DNA of 64,000 nucleotides, taken from an uncultured Nitrososphaerota archaeon (GTDB lineage: Archaea > Korarchaeota > Korarchaeia > Korarchaeales > Korarchaeaceae). Made by a program: the position numbers and the translations under genes. Shown here piece after piece: positions 48,062-56,934 of the stretch; position 1 is the stretch's first letter; each line of letters begins with the position of its first letter. The stretch lies in the NCBI GenBank assembly GCA_964594835.1, contig CAZQNA010000002.1, forward strand, positions 64,001 to 128,000. The letters run 5' to 3'. The notes under the pieces are model-generated. The model was not told where the DNA came from. It did not search any database and saw nothing but the letters and a program-made list of their open reading frames with translations.

Positions 48062-48790
48062 ATGCCCTCCGTCACGCTGGAGCTCGCGCTGCTCTCCGTC
48101 GAGTTCGTCCTCCTGATAGCCACGGTGATACTGCTCTACCTCAGCCGGAGAGAGCACGCTGGGAGGCACGAGCTCCTCAGACTCCTGAGCCAGGCGATCA
48201 CCGCCCTCACCAGGAGGGAGTACTTCTCGGCGGTCCAGGAGGCCATCAGGGACGCCAGAGAGGGCATAATAGCCGTGATAACGGGCACCCCGCCTCGGGA
48301 CGAGGAGGAAGAGGAGGTCCTCAACTCCATCGCTCGGCGGGTGAGGGAGGCTTCCGCGAGGGGGGTGAGGCTGAGGTACCTCATACCCAGGTCCGCTGCC
48401 CACCTCTACGTCGGTCACCTCCTCTGCGGGGCCGGGGCAGAGGTGAGGTACAGGGCCGGCCTGGCCGTCTACGACCTGAGGTACATGGTCGTCGACGGGA
48501 GGAGGGTGATCCTGGGGCAGCCCAGGGGGCAGGGGGAGGAGGAGCCCACCAAGAAGGGGTACGTGATAGAGTCGCCGACCCTGGCCTCGATGCTCGCGGA
48601 GAGGTTCGAGACCCACTGGGGGGCGGAGGAGACCATCACGTACGAGGAGTACGTCAGGCAGGAGGTGAGGTCGCTGTACGAGACGAACCCCGGCCTGACT
48701 CCCGAGACGGCGGCGGGCCAGCTCAACCTCCCGGTCGAGGAGGTGAAGAGGCTGGCAGGGGACCTGTGGCGATCCCTCCCGCCCGGCTAG
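48062..48790 (+). CDS. Membrane-anchored protein with a TrmB-effector/PLD-like domain and putative C-terminal HTH
   Basis: N-terminal TM; RGVRLRYL, RYMVVDGRRVILG and FETHW motifs; TPETAAGQLNLPVEEV. Confidence 0.55.
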   Translation: MPSVTLELALLSVEFVLLIATVILLYLSRREHAGRHELLRLLSQAITALTRREYFSAVQEAIRDAREGIIAVITGTPPRDEEEEEVLNSIARRVREASARGVRLRYLIPRSAAHLYVGHLLCGAGAEVRYRAGLAVYDLRYMVVDGRRVILGQPRGQGEEEPTKKGYVIESPTLASMLAERFETHWGAEETITYEEYVRQEVRSLYETNPGLTPETAAGQLNLPVEEVKRLAGDLWRSLPPG

Positions 48791-49482
48791 GCCCCCTCCA
48801 CGACCTCTGAGGGATCTCCCTCCGCCTTCACGCGCCCGTCCTCGATCAGGATGGCCCTGTCGGAGATCTCAAGGGCCAGCAGGCGGTCGTGGGTCGCCAG
48901 GGCGACACACACGCCCTCTCGCGCCAGGTCCCTCAGGACGCCCGAGACCCTCCTCCTGTTCTCTCCGTCCAGGTTCGCCGTCGGCTCGTCCAGGAGGAGG
49001 AACCTGGGGGACACGGCGAGGGCTCTGGCGAGGGCCACCAGCTGCCTCTGACCGGCCGACAGGGACCTGGCCCCCTTGCCGGCGAGCCCGCCAAGCCCCA
49101 TCGCCTCCAGCGCCTCCCGCACCCTGCCCTCCAGCTCCTCCCCGGATATCCCCCTGAGCCTCAGGCCGAAGGCGACGTTCTCCTCGACGGTCCCCCTCAG
49201 CACCACGGGGGTCTCGTGGACGTAGACGACCGACCTCCTGAGCCTCAGCCTCTCCCGCGGGTCGGCCCCCCACAGGTCTACGCCGGCGATCAGGATTCTG
49301 CCCGACTCGGGCCTGAGGAGCCCCGAGGAGATCTTCAGGGCGGTGGTCTTGCCAGAGCCGTTGGGCCCGACCAGCGCCGTCACCCCTCCGCCGAGCGAGA
49401 TCGTCACACCCCTGAGGGCCTCCCCGCCCCCCGGATACCGGAACCTCACGTCGACGAGGCGTATCTCCGCCCTGGGGTCCAA
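48787..49482 (-). CDS. tupC: Tungstate ABC transporter ATPase
   Basis: GPNGSGKTT, LSAGQRQ and LDEPTANLD motifs; operon context. Confidence 0.78.
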   Translation of the reverse strand: MDPRAEIRLVDVRFRYPGGGEALRGVTISLGGGVTALVGPNGSGKTTALKISSGLLRPESGRILIAGVDLWGADPRERLRLRRSVVYVHETPVVLRGTVEENVAFGLRLRGISGEELEGRVREALEAMGLGGLAGKGARSLSAGQRQLVALARALAVSPRFLLLDEPTANLDGENRRRVSGVLRDLAREGVCVALATHDRLLALEISDRAILIEDGRVKAEGDPSEVVEGA

Positions 49483-49483
49483 C

Positions 49484-50137
49484 TCAGGTCCCCCTCCCTC
49501 CGAGCCTCCCCACCGCGAGGTTGACCGCAATGGCCGTGCTCAGGAGGACCCCGCTGAGGGTGAGTGCGAGCTTGAACTCGCCGCGGGACACCTCTAGGGC
49601 TATGGCCGTGGTCATCACCCTCGTCACGCCCCTTATGTTCCCCCCCATCATGAGGGCGATCCCGAGTTCCCCGAGGGCCCGGTTGAAGCCCAGCAGGATG
49701 ACCGTCAGGATTGATGGAAGGGCCTCGTTCAGCATCGCCTCGGCGGCCTGCCTCTCCGTCGCGCCGAGGGACATGGCCATCTCCCAGACCTCCCCGTGTA
49801 CCCCTGAGAGGGAGGCCGCGGCCGCCGACGCTATCAGGGGGGTGACCAGCACGGCCTGACCGATCGCTATGGCGGCCGGCGTGTACAGGAGCTCCAGGAA
49901 GCCCAGCGGCCCCGAGCGAGAGAGCAGGAGGTACATCAACAGTCCGATCACGACGGTGGGGACGCTGGTGAGGGCGTTTAGCAGGTCAAGGGTGAGCCTT
50001 CCCCACCTCGAGCCCCGGGCCATGACCAGCCTGAGGGCGAGGGGTACGCTCCAGAGGGAGGCCAGCAGCGTGGCCGAGCCGGACACGATGAGCGACCTCG
50101 TCACTATCCTGAGAACCTCCGCCGCGAGTTCCGACAG
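49484..50137 (-). CDS. tupB: Tungstate ABC transporter permease (probable CTG start)
   Basis: PTVVIGL..YLLLSRSGPLG and GGNIRG.TRVMTTAIALE..RG motifs. Confidence 0.85.
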   Translation of the reverse strand: MSELAAEVLRIVTRSLIVSGSATLLASLWSVPLALRLVMARGSRWGRLTLDLLNALTSVPTVVIGLLMYLLLSRSGPLGFLELLYTPAAIAIGQAVLVTPLIASAAAASLSGVHGEVWEMAMSLGATERQAAEAMLNEALPSILTVILLGFNRALGELGIALMMGGNIRGVTRVMTTAIALEVSRGEFKLALTLSGVLLSTAIAVNLAVGRLGGRGT

Positions 50138-50215
50138 CCCTTCTCACCCCCGAATCCCTCCGGCGCCCGACCGGCGCCGGGCGCTCGATCGAGGGGGAAA
50201 ATAAAGGTGGGGGGA

Positions 50216-51118
50216 TCACCCCCGGGAGGCAAGCCTCTCCCAGGCGGCCCTGAGTTCCCCGGTCGGATCTCCCCTGGCCGGGTGGAAGAGGGGCCTACCA
50301 AACTCCTCGACGCCGTAGCTCCCTATGAGGTCCTGGGCCTCTTCGGAGACGAGGAAGTCCGCGAACTCCCGGGCAAGCCTGTGGTTCACCCCCGGGACCC
50401 TGTCGGGGTTCACGAGGTAGACGCTGTAGATGTTTGTGAGCTCCTCGCCCCTGTCCAGCAGGACGGTCAGCTCTCCCAGCTTGTCGGAGAGCTTGAGGTA
50501 CGTTCCGATGTCCGACAGGGTGTAGGCCCTCTTCTCGTTTGCGAGCATCAGGGTCTGGGACATCCCGGACCCGCTCTCCACGTACCAGGGCTTCCCCCTT
50601 GGGTCGAGGCCGGCGGCGGCCCAGAGGGACAACTCCTTGACGTGGGTCCCCGAGTTGTCTCCCCTCGACACGAACTCGGCCTCCCCCCTCTCACCCGCCT
50701 CGTATATCCTCCTCATGGCCTCCACAGGGTCGGCCCCGGCCACGCCGGCCGGGTCGTCCGGCGGGCCCACGATGACGAAGTGGTTGTACGCGAATATTCT
50801 CCCATCGATCAGGTACCCCTCCTCTGCGTACCTGGCCTCCAGGGATGGGGCGTGAACCGTGACCGCATCGGCGTCCCCCAAGGAGGCCTTCCTCAGCGCC
50901 TCGCCGCTCCCCACCGGTATGAACTGCACGCTGACCCCGGGGTGCCTCTTCTGGAACTCGTCCGCCAGGAGGTCAAGGAGACCCGTGGCGTAGAGGCTCG
51001 TCGTGGTGGTCACCCTCAGGGTCCCCGTGTACCGCCCCTGAAGCCAGGTCAGTCCCGCGAGAGAAGCCACGAGGAGAACCGCTATCGCGACCGCGATCGC
51101 CCTCCATCCCCACCTCAA
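50216..51118 (-). CDS. tupA: Tungstate-binding protein
   Basis: TTTS signature; VGSG.AL, FVSRGDNSGTH.KE and YTLSD motifs. Confidence 0.88.
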   Translation of the reverse strand: MRWGWRAIAVAIAVLLVASLAGLTWLQGRYTGTLRVTTTTSLYATGLLDLLADEFQKRHPGVSVQFIPVGSGEALRKASLGDADAVTVHAPSLEARYAEEGYLIDGRIFAYNHFVIVGPPDDPAGVAGADPVEAMRRIYEAGERGEAEFVSRGDNSGTHVKELSLWAAAGLDPRGKPWYVESGSGMSQTLMLANEKRAYTLSDIGTYLKLSDKLGELTVLLDRGEELTNIYSVYLVNPDRVPGVNHRLAREFADFLVSEEAQDLIGSYGVEEFGRPLFHPARGDPTGELRAAWERLASRG

Positions 51119-51282
51119 CTCGAGAGCCTCCCGGATCGTTATCTCAAGTTGCTATTTCGCTTCGATTTAATCGTTATTCCCCAATGAGATAACAGTGGTG
51201 CTTCAAGCCTCCCGCTCGCGCGGTGCCCCGCCGGACGCGGAAAAGAATTTCATGGTGACCGCTGGCGGCTCCATGACCGACG

Positions 51283-52476
51283 ATGGGCAAGAGGGATCTC
51301 CTGGCGCTGGGAGTCGGCTGGGCCTTCGTGGCGTCCAACTCTGGCCTGATATCCTTCGCCCTACCCCTGATCGCCTCTGAGTGGAGCCTCAAGGGCACGC
51401 AGATAGGGCTCCTGCTGAACCTGTACCTGCTCGGCATGCTGATCGGCGCCTTCGCCCTCGGGAGGGTCGCGGACGCGCTGGGCAGGAAGCCCGCCGCCGT
51501 GATCTCCCTCCTGCTCCTGGCCGCGGGGACCGCGGCCTGCGCCCTGGCGGGCGACTGGGTGACGATGGGCCTGATGAGGCTCCTGGCGGGCGTCGGCGCC
51601 ACCGGATACATGGTGGTGGCCAGCACCCTCCTGTCCGAGCTGTCGCCCACCGAGGTCAGGGGGAGGAACGTCGCGATACTCGAGTCGTTCTGGGCCTACG
51701 GCTGGCTCCTAGCGTCGCTCCTCGGGCTCGTGATCGCCCCCTCGAGGGGGTGGAGGCCGGTGTTCCTGGCGGGCGTGGCCCCAATCCTCGCCGTGCCGCT
51801 CCTCGGCCTCGTGCCGGAGTCTTCCCGCTTCCTGGAGGAGGCGGCAAAGCCGGAGAGGCCGCCCATATCGACGCTATTCAGGGGCGAGTACCTGAGGAGG
51901 ACCGTGATGCTCTGGATCCACTGGTTCGTCATCGTGATGGCCTACTGGGGGGTCTTTCTGTGGTTCCCCAAGATCCTGGTGGCTCAGAGGGGGCTGACGC
52001 TGGTCAAGTCCCTCCAGTGGTCCTTCCTGATAACGCTGGCTCAGATCCCGGGGTACTGGAGCGGAGCCTGGGTGATCGAGAGACTGGGGAGGAGGCTGAG
52101 CCTCTCCCTTTACATGGGGCTCGCCGGCCTCGGCGCCCTGCTCTACTGGTTCGCGTCGACGCCCACGCAGGCCCTCGTGGGGGCGCTGGCCCTGTCGTTC
52201 TTCAACCTGGGCGCCTGGGGCATAACTTACGCGTACACGCCGGAGCTCTACCCGACGAGCCTCAGGGGCCTGGGCTCGGGCGCGGCCAACTCCTTTGGGA
52301 GGCTGGGGGGCATCCTCGGTCCCTACCTGGTGGGGGCCATCCTGGACGCCACCGGCAGCTACTCGCTCGCCTTCCTGACGTTTGCCGCGGCCCAGCTGCT
52401 CGCGGCCGGGGTAGTGGCGGCTCTGGGCGTCGAGACGGCTGGCAAGACCCTGGAGGAGGTGTCTCCGGGGCCCTGA
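51283..52476 (+). CDS. MFS transporter
   Basis: ADALGRK, SE.SP...RGR, ERLGRR and YTPELYPT.LR motifs. Confidence 0.87.
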   Translation: MGKRDLLALGVGWAFVASNSGLISFALPLIASEWSLKGTQIGLLLNLYLLGMLIGAFALGRVADALGRKPAAVISLLLLAAGTAACALAGDWVTMGLMRLLAGVGATGYMVVASTLLSELSPTEVRGRNVAILESFWAYGWLLASLLGLVIAPSRGWRPVFLAGVAPILAVPLLGLVPESSRFLEEAAKPERPPISTLFRGEYLRRTVMLWIHWFVIVMAYWGVFLWFPKILVAQRGLTLVKSLQWSFLITLAQIPGYWSGAWVIERLGRRLSLSLYMGLAGLGALLYWFASTPTQALVGALALSFFNLGAWGITYAYTPELYPTSLRGLGSGAANSFGRLGGILGPYLVGAILDATGSYSLAFLTFAAAQLLAAGVVAALGVETAGKTLEEVSPGP

Positions 52477-52584
52477 GGGAAGGAAGAATCGGGGACTGGG
52501 GCGGAGAAGTCGACTCCGGGCCCGGCGGGTCGTACCGCCGGGCCTCACCACCTGAGGCGGTCGATCGGGAGTCCCGCGGCGCCC

Positions 52585-53751
52585 TCACGGGGGCAGGAGC
52601 CTCCCCTGGCTCGTGACCCTCTCGTGGATCACAATCCCCCGCCTGGAGAGCCAGCTCGCAACCTCCAGCATGAGGCCCTCGTCCATGCCCAGCGCCTCAG
52701 GGGGGATGACTCCGGGCCCTGGCACCTTCCCCTCCGACACTAGCCCCGCTACGGCCGTCGCCGTGAAGGAGGTGGTCCTCGCCGTGGCGGTGAGGCCGGT
52801 CGACTCGTCGTACCTGTCGACGACCCGATACTCCACCTCCACGGTCCCCTCGGGGGTCGAGCCCCTGGCCCTGACCAGGAGGACCACCAGGTCGCGGGCA
52901 TCCCCGGCGAGGCGGAGTCGGAACAGCTCGGCAGTCAGGGCCGCGGGCCTCACCTCCGAGTTCCCCACCCTCACGGGTCGCGAGTCGAACAGCCCAAGCT
53001 CCCTCATCAGGGCGACCTTCTCGGCGTGTCCCGGCCACCTCAGGGTCTTCTCCTCCATCCTGTGAACCCCCTTGAGCGTCCTGAGCATGGTCCTGAGTCC
53101 GTCGGTGAGGAAGGCCTCCAGCTCGCCCACGCCCTCCACCTCCACCCTCTCCACCTCCGAGAGGGCGGGGAGCGCGGCCACGCGCCCGTCCCTGACGACC
53201 CTGGCGGGCCTGGTGTACTCCTCGATCAGGTCCTCCGGGCTCCAGGTCACCGTGTATCCCAGCGGGGTTGTCGGCCGCTCGGGGATGGCCCCGACGTACA
53301 CGGTGAGGTCGTGGACCCTCCCCTCGAGCCTGGCGTAGGCCCTCCCTGCCAGCATGTTGCTGAGGCCCGGCGCCAGGCCGGCGTCGGGGACTATGGTGAC
53401 CCCGGACTCCCTCGCCTGGATGTTGAAGGCGAGGGGATCGTCGGGCGAGTAGGACACGTCCACCAGGTCCACCCCGGCCCTGATCGCGGCGAGCCAGGCG
53501 CTCCTCCCGAGCCTCCCGGGGAGGGCCCCGATCGCGACGTCGACGTCTCCCAGCGCCCTGGCCAACGCGTCAACGTCTGAGGCGTCTACCTTCACCGTCT
53601 GGCAGCCCCTCAGGCTGGCCGAGGCCTCCCTCAGGGCACTCTCGTCCCTGTCGATGAGGATCAGGTCGCGGCCCGTGGCCCTCTCGTAGAGGTCCCAGGC
53701 TATCACGCGCCCGATGAGGCCGAGCCCCACGACAGCCGCCCTTATGGGCAC
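52585..53751 (-). CDS. Saccharopine dehydrogenase / lysine 6-dehydrogenase family oxidoreductase
   Basis: GLGLIG, DAGLAPGLSN, TWSP.DLIEEY, TDGLRT and KTLRWPGH motifs. Confidence 0.82.
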   Translation of the reverse strand: MPIRAAVVGLGLIGRVIAWDLYERATGRDLILIDRDESALREASASLRGCQTVKVDASDVDALARALGDVDVAIGALPGRLGRSAWLAAIRAGVDLVDVSYSPDDPLAFNIQARESGVTIVPDAGLAPGLSNMLAGRAYARLEGRVHDLTVYVGAIPERPTTPLGYTVTWSPEDLIEEYTRPARVVRDGRVAALPALSEVERVEVEGVGELEAFLTDGLRTMLRTLKGVHRMEEKTLRWPGHAEKVALMRELGLFDSRPVRVGNSEVRPAALTAELFRLRLAGDARDLVVLLVRARGSTPEGTVEVEYRVVDRYDESTGLTATARTTSFTATAVAGLVSEGKVPGPGVIPPEALGMDEGLMLEVASWLSRRGIVIHERVTSQGRLLPP

Positions 53752-53777
53752 CACCCCTCCACCCGGCCCGGACAGCA

Positions 53778-55382
53778 CTAAAGGTTGAGGTCGCCGCCCC
53801 GCTCATCCCGCGGGCCGTAGACGATCTCCGCGTCGTCCTCGTCCAGAGACCTCCACCTGACCTCCAGCCCGACGGCCTCGATCACCGGGGCCGCGAGGTC
53901 GCCCGGTATCCCGACCCCCTCCAGCAGGGCCCTGGCCCGCCCGACGGTTTCCGGCCTCTGGCTGAGGAGGGCCTCGCCGGCCCTCGCGAGCAGCTCCTCG
54001 GAGATCAGGTGTCCGGACACGAGCCTGAAGCCCCTCAGATCGGCCACCTCCAGCGCCTGCTCGGGCGTCAGGCCGTGCTCCTCCGCGAACTCCCTCAGGC
54101 TCACCACGCCTCCCCTCGGCCTGAGCCTGCCCCCCAGCCCACCTGAGGAGACGATCCCCCTCCACTCCCTCTCCTCGATCTCCCGGAGCCTCTCCAGGAG
54201 GGGCTTCACGTCGCGCCTCCCCTCGAAGTACAGGACGTCCTCCACCACCTCCTCGACGGGGGCGCAGGCCAGGTCCCTCCTGGCGACCACCAGGGCTGGC
54301 TCCTCGACCTTCTTGAGCTTCTCGAGCTTCCTCCTGATGTACTCTGTCGTCCAGAAGCCCATAACCTCCACGTACACCCTGACCGGCCCCTTCTGTATGA
54401 GGAAGTCGGGTATGAGGACGGACCTGCCTGCGAGTAGGGGCTCCGGCTCCCTCGTGACCCTCCAGCCGTCGAGGGAGCATGCAGTAGCGAAGTCCCTCTC
54501 CAGCGAGCTGTCGTACTCCCCCTCTCCCTCGCCCGCCCCAGGCTCCGGGGCGGCCGGGAAGAGGTCCCGCCTGGAGGAGTCCACCTCGAGCCTCAGGGCC
54601 ACCCTCCCCTCCCCGGAGCCGGACCTCCTCACAACCCACGCGGAAAGCGACCAGTCGTCCATGGTGACTATCCTCGGGACGAGCCTGGCCAGCGAGGTGC
54701 CGTACCTTGTCGTCATCTTGAGGACAGTGGCCGGGCCGTCCACGTCGAGCCTCAGGGCCCCACCCTCCCTGGAGGCAGAGTACATGAGGCCCAGGGCCTT
54801 GACCGCCCTGAGCAGGCGCTTCACCTGCCCGCCGGGGGACCTCGTCCTCACAACGAGCCTCACGCACCTGAAGAGGGCTGTCTGCAGGAGGGACAGGTTG
54901 TAGATCCTGAGGAGCTCCTCGGGGCCCGGCAGGTCCGCCTCCTTGAGCCTGAGCGCGTCGTCCGAGTCGGCCCAGAGGGCCTCCTCAAGCTCGTCGACGG
55001 TTAGGCCCAGCTCCTCCGCCGCGAGCCTCAGGGCCTCCCCCCTCTGGGGCCCGGAGGCGAACCCGTGGAACCTCCTGTTGACGACCCTGTAGACCGCGAG
55101 CCTGGCCCTCTCTGGGCTCACCCTCGTCTCGGGCCTCTCGAAGGAGCACCTCCTCTCGAGGAGTATGGCGAGACCCCTCACCAGCTTGAAGTCTATCCCG
55201 GCGGCCTCGTAGGCCTCCTCGATCTCCTCCACGGCCGAGTGGATCTCGGCCAGGCTTCGCCCGGGCCTGAACTGGGATGTCAGCTCCCCGGCGAGGGCCA
55301 GCTCCTCCTCCCTGCCGGTGGCCCACCGCAGCAGGAGCCTGTCCCGGAACCTCCTGGCCCGCAGGAGCTGAGACGGGAGCAG
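53778..55382 (-). CDS. bax1: DUF790/Bax1 endonuclease, partner of XPB (probable CTG start)
   Basis: LPSQLL N-terminus; YNLSLLQT.LF, DGP, YDSSLE, IPDF and EVMGFWT.EY..KL motifs. Confidence 0.85.
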   Translation of the reverse strand: MLPSQLLRARRFRDRLLLRWATGREEELALAGELTSQFRPGRSLAEIHSAVEEIEEAYEAAGIDFKLVRGLAILLERRCSFERPETRVSPERARLAVYRVVNRRFHGFASGPQRGEALRLAAEELGLTVDELEEALWADSDDALRLKEADLPGPEELLRIYNLSLLQTALFRCVRLVVRTRSPGGQVKRLLRAVKALGLMYSASREGGALRLDVDGPATVLKMTTRYGTSLARLVPRIVTMDDWSLSAWVVRRSGSGEGRVALRLEVDSSRRDLFPAAPEPGAGEGEGEYDSSLERDFATACSLDGWRVTREPEPLLAGRSVLIPDFLIQKGPVRVYVEVMGFWTTEYIRRKLEKLKKVEEPALVVARRDLACAPVEEVVEDVLYFEGRRDVKPLLERLREIEEREWRGIVSSGGLGGRLRPRGGVVSLREFAEEHGLTPEQALEVADLRGFRLVSGHLISEELLARAGEALLSQRPETVGRARALLEGVGIPGDLAAPVIEAVGLEVRWRSLDEDDAEIVYGPRDERGGDLNL

Positions 55383-55394
55383 GGCACCACCCCC

Positions 55395-56759
55395 CTACCG
55401 GCCGCCCCCCGAGTCCTCCGACCTCAGGGCCCTCCTCCTCCTGCTGGAGGTCCTGACCTCCGCGGTCCCCGCGGTGACCACCTCGTAGAGGACCGCCCTC
55501 TTCCCCTCCCTCTTCCTCAGTATCCTCCCGAGCCTCTGTATGAACTCCCTCCTGCTGCCCGTCCCGCCGAGTATGATGCCCACCCTGGCGTCGGGGACGT
55601 CCACGCCCTCGTCCAGCACCTTGGACGTCACCACCTTCGTCACCCCTCCGGTCCTGAACGCCGAGAGTATCTCCTGCCTCTCCCTCTGACTGGTCCTGTG
55701 AGTTATCAGGGGGATCAGGAACCTCCTGCTGACCTCCTCGGCCATCTCGTTGTACTCGGTGAATATGATCACCTTGTCATCCCTGTGGCTCTCGAGGAGC
55801 TCCTCCAGGACCTCTAGCTTCCTCCTCGCATTTATCGCCAGCCTCCTGGCTCTGTTCCAGCTGATAAGGGCCCGCCTGGCCGCCCTGCTTGACCCGCTCC
55901 TCATAACCAGCCTCCTGAAGTCTTCGAGCGAGCTCATGCTCAGGCCCGTCCTCCTCAGCCCGTCCCTGTACTCAGAGATCAGCCTCTCGTACTCCCTCCT
56001 CTCCTCCTCGGTGAGCCTCACCCTTATCCCGACGGTGTCGAACTCAGCCAGGTGCTCTCCGGCCAGCTCCCTGGGACCGAGCCTGTAGACCACCCCTCCC
56101 ACGCGGGTCAGGAGGTGGACGTGCCTCCCGTCCTCCCTCTCCAGGGTGGCCGTGAGGCCAAGCCTGTAGGGGGAGGCCAGGCTCTCGGCTATCTCGATGT
56201 ACCCCTCGGCCGCCAGGTGGTGGACCTCGTCGAACACCGCCAGGAGGAACCTGTTCCCTATCTCGGGGGCCCTGAGGTAGGCAGAGTCGTAAGTTATGAC
56301 CGTGATCCCCCTGAGCTCCGACCTCCCACCGCCGACCACGCCCACATCCACGCCGAAGGCCTCCGAGATCCTCTCGGCCCACTGTGTGAGGAGCGGGAGC
56401 GTGGGGACCACCACCAGCGTTGAGACGCTGAGCTCCTCCATGGCCTTCAGCGCCACGAACGTCTTCCCCGCGCCGGTGGGCAGGACCACGATTCCCCTCC
56501 GCCTCTCCATCCAGGCGTCGAGCGCCTCCCTCTGGAAGGGCTTCAGCCTGATGTCCGACCTGAGGGGCGGGACTGGGAGTGGGTCCATCACCTGGTCGAC
56601 GGCGTGGGGGAGGGCCTCCCTGATCTCCCCGTACCTGTAGGCCATGGCCCGCAGGGCCCCCACCCTCGAGTCCCAGGAGCAGTGGGGGGCCGACCTGGCT
56701 CCCCAAACCAGCATGGTTCCCCTGTCGTACGTGATCCTCACAGGGCCCCCCAAACTCAC
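55395..56759 (-). CDS. xpb: XPB/Rad25-type SF2 helicase
   Basis: LPTGAGKT, DEVH, GLTAT.ERED, DEGVDVP and IQRLGRILR motifs. Confidence 0.88.
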   Translation of the reverse strand: MSLGGPVRITYDRGTMLVWGARSAPHCSWDSRVGALRAMAYRYGEIREALPHAVDQVMDPLPVPPLRSDIRLKPFQREALDAWMERRRGIVVLPTGAGKTFVALKAMEELSVSTLVVVPTLPLLTQWAERISEAFGVDVGVVGGGRSELRGITVITYDSAYLRAPEIGNRFLLAVFDEVHHLAAEGYIEIAESLASPYRLGLTATLEREDGRHVHLLTRVGGVVYRLGPRELAGEHLAEFDTVGIRVRLTEEERREYERLISEYRDGLRRTGLSMSSLEDFRRLVMRSGSSRAARRALISWNRARRLAINARRKLEVLEELLESHRDDKVIIFTEYNEMAEEVSRRFLIPLITHRTSQRERQEILSAFRTGGVTKVVTSKVLDEGVDVPDARVGIILGGTGSRREFIQRLGRILRKREGKRAVLYEVVTAGTAEVRTSSRRRRALRSEDSGGGR

Positions 56760-56934
56760 TCGGGCGTTGGAGAACGGGTCAAATAAAGGTTCTCCGAGTG
56801 GGCGACTCTTCGGGGACCGCGGGGGGAGGGTGCCTGTAGACCCTCCCCCGGGACCCGAAGTTGCACTCCGCCTGCCATCGCCTCGGGGCCTGACGCGGGG
56901 ACCGGTGGGCTCTCGGGGCGTGCTCCCCCGGTCC

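Noticed and set aside
42589-51180. CGTTATAT-like repeats (about 42591, 42713, 48033, 51137) as ModE boxes
   Set aside because: They are single half-sites, mostly positioned like ordinary BRE/TATA promoters; no full dyad is present.
53778-56759. Helicase-nuclease pair as a new defence system
   Set aside because: It is the established archaeal XPB-Bax1 pair.
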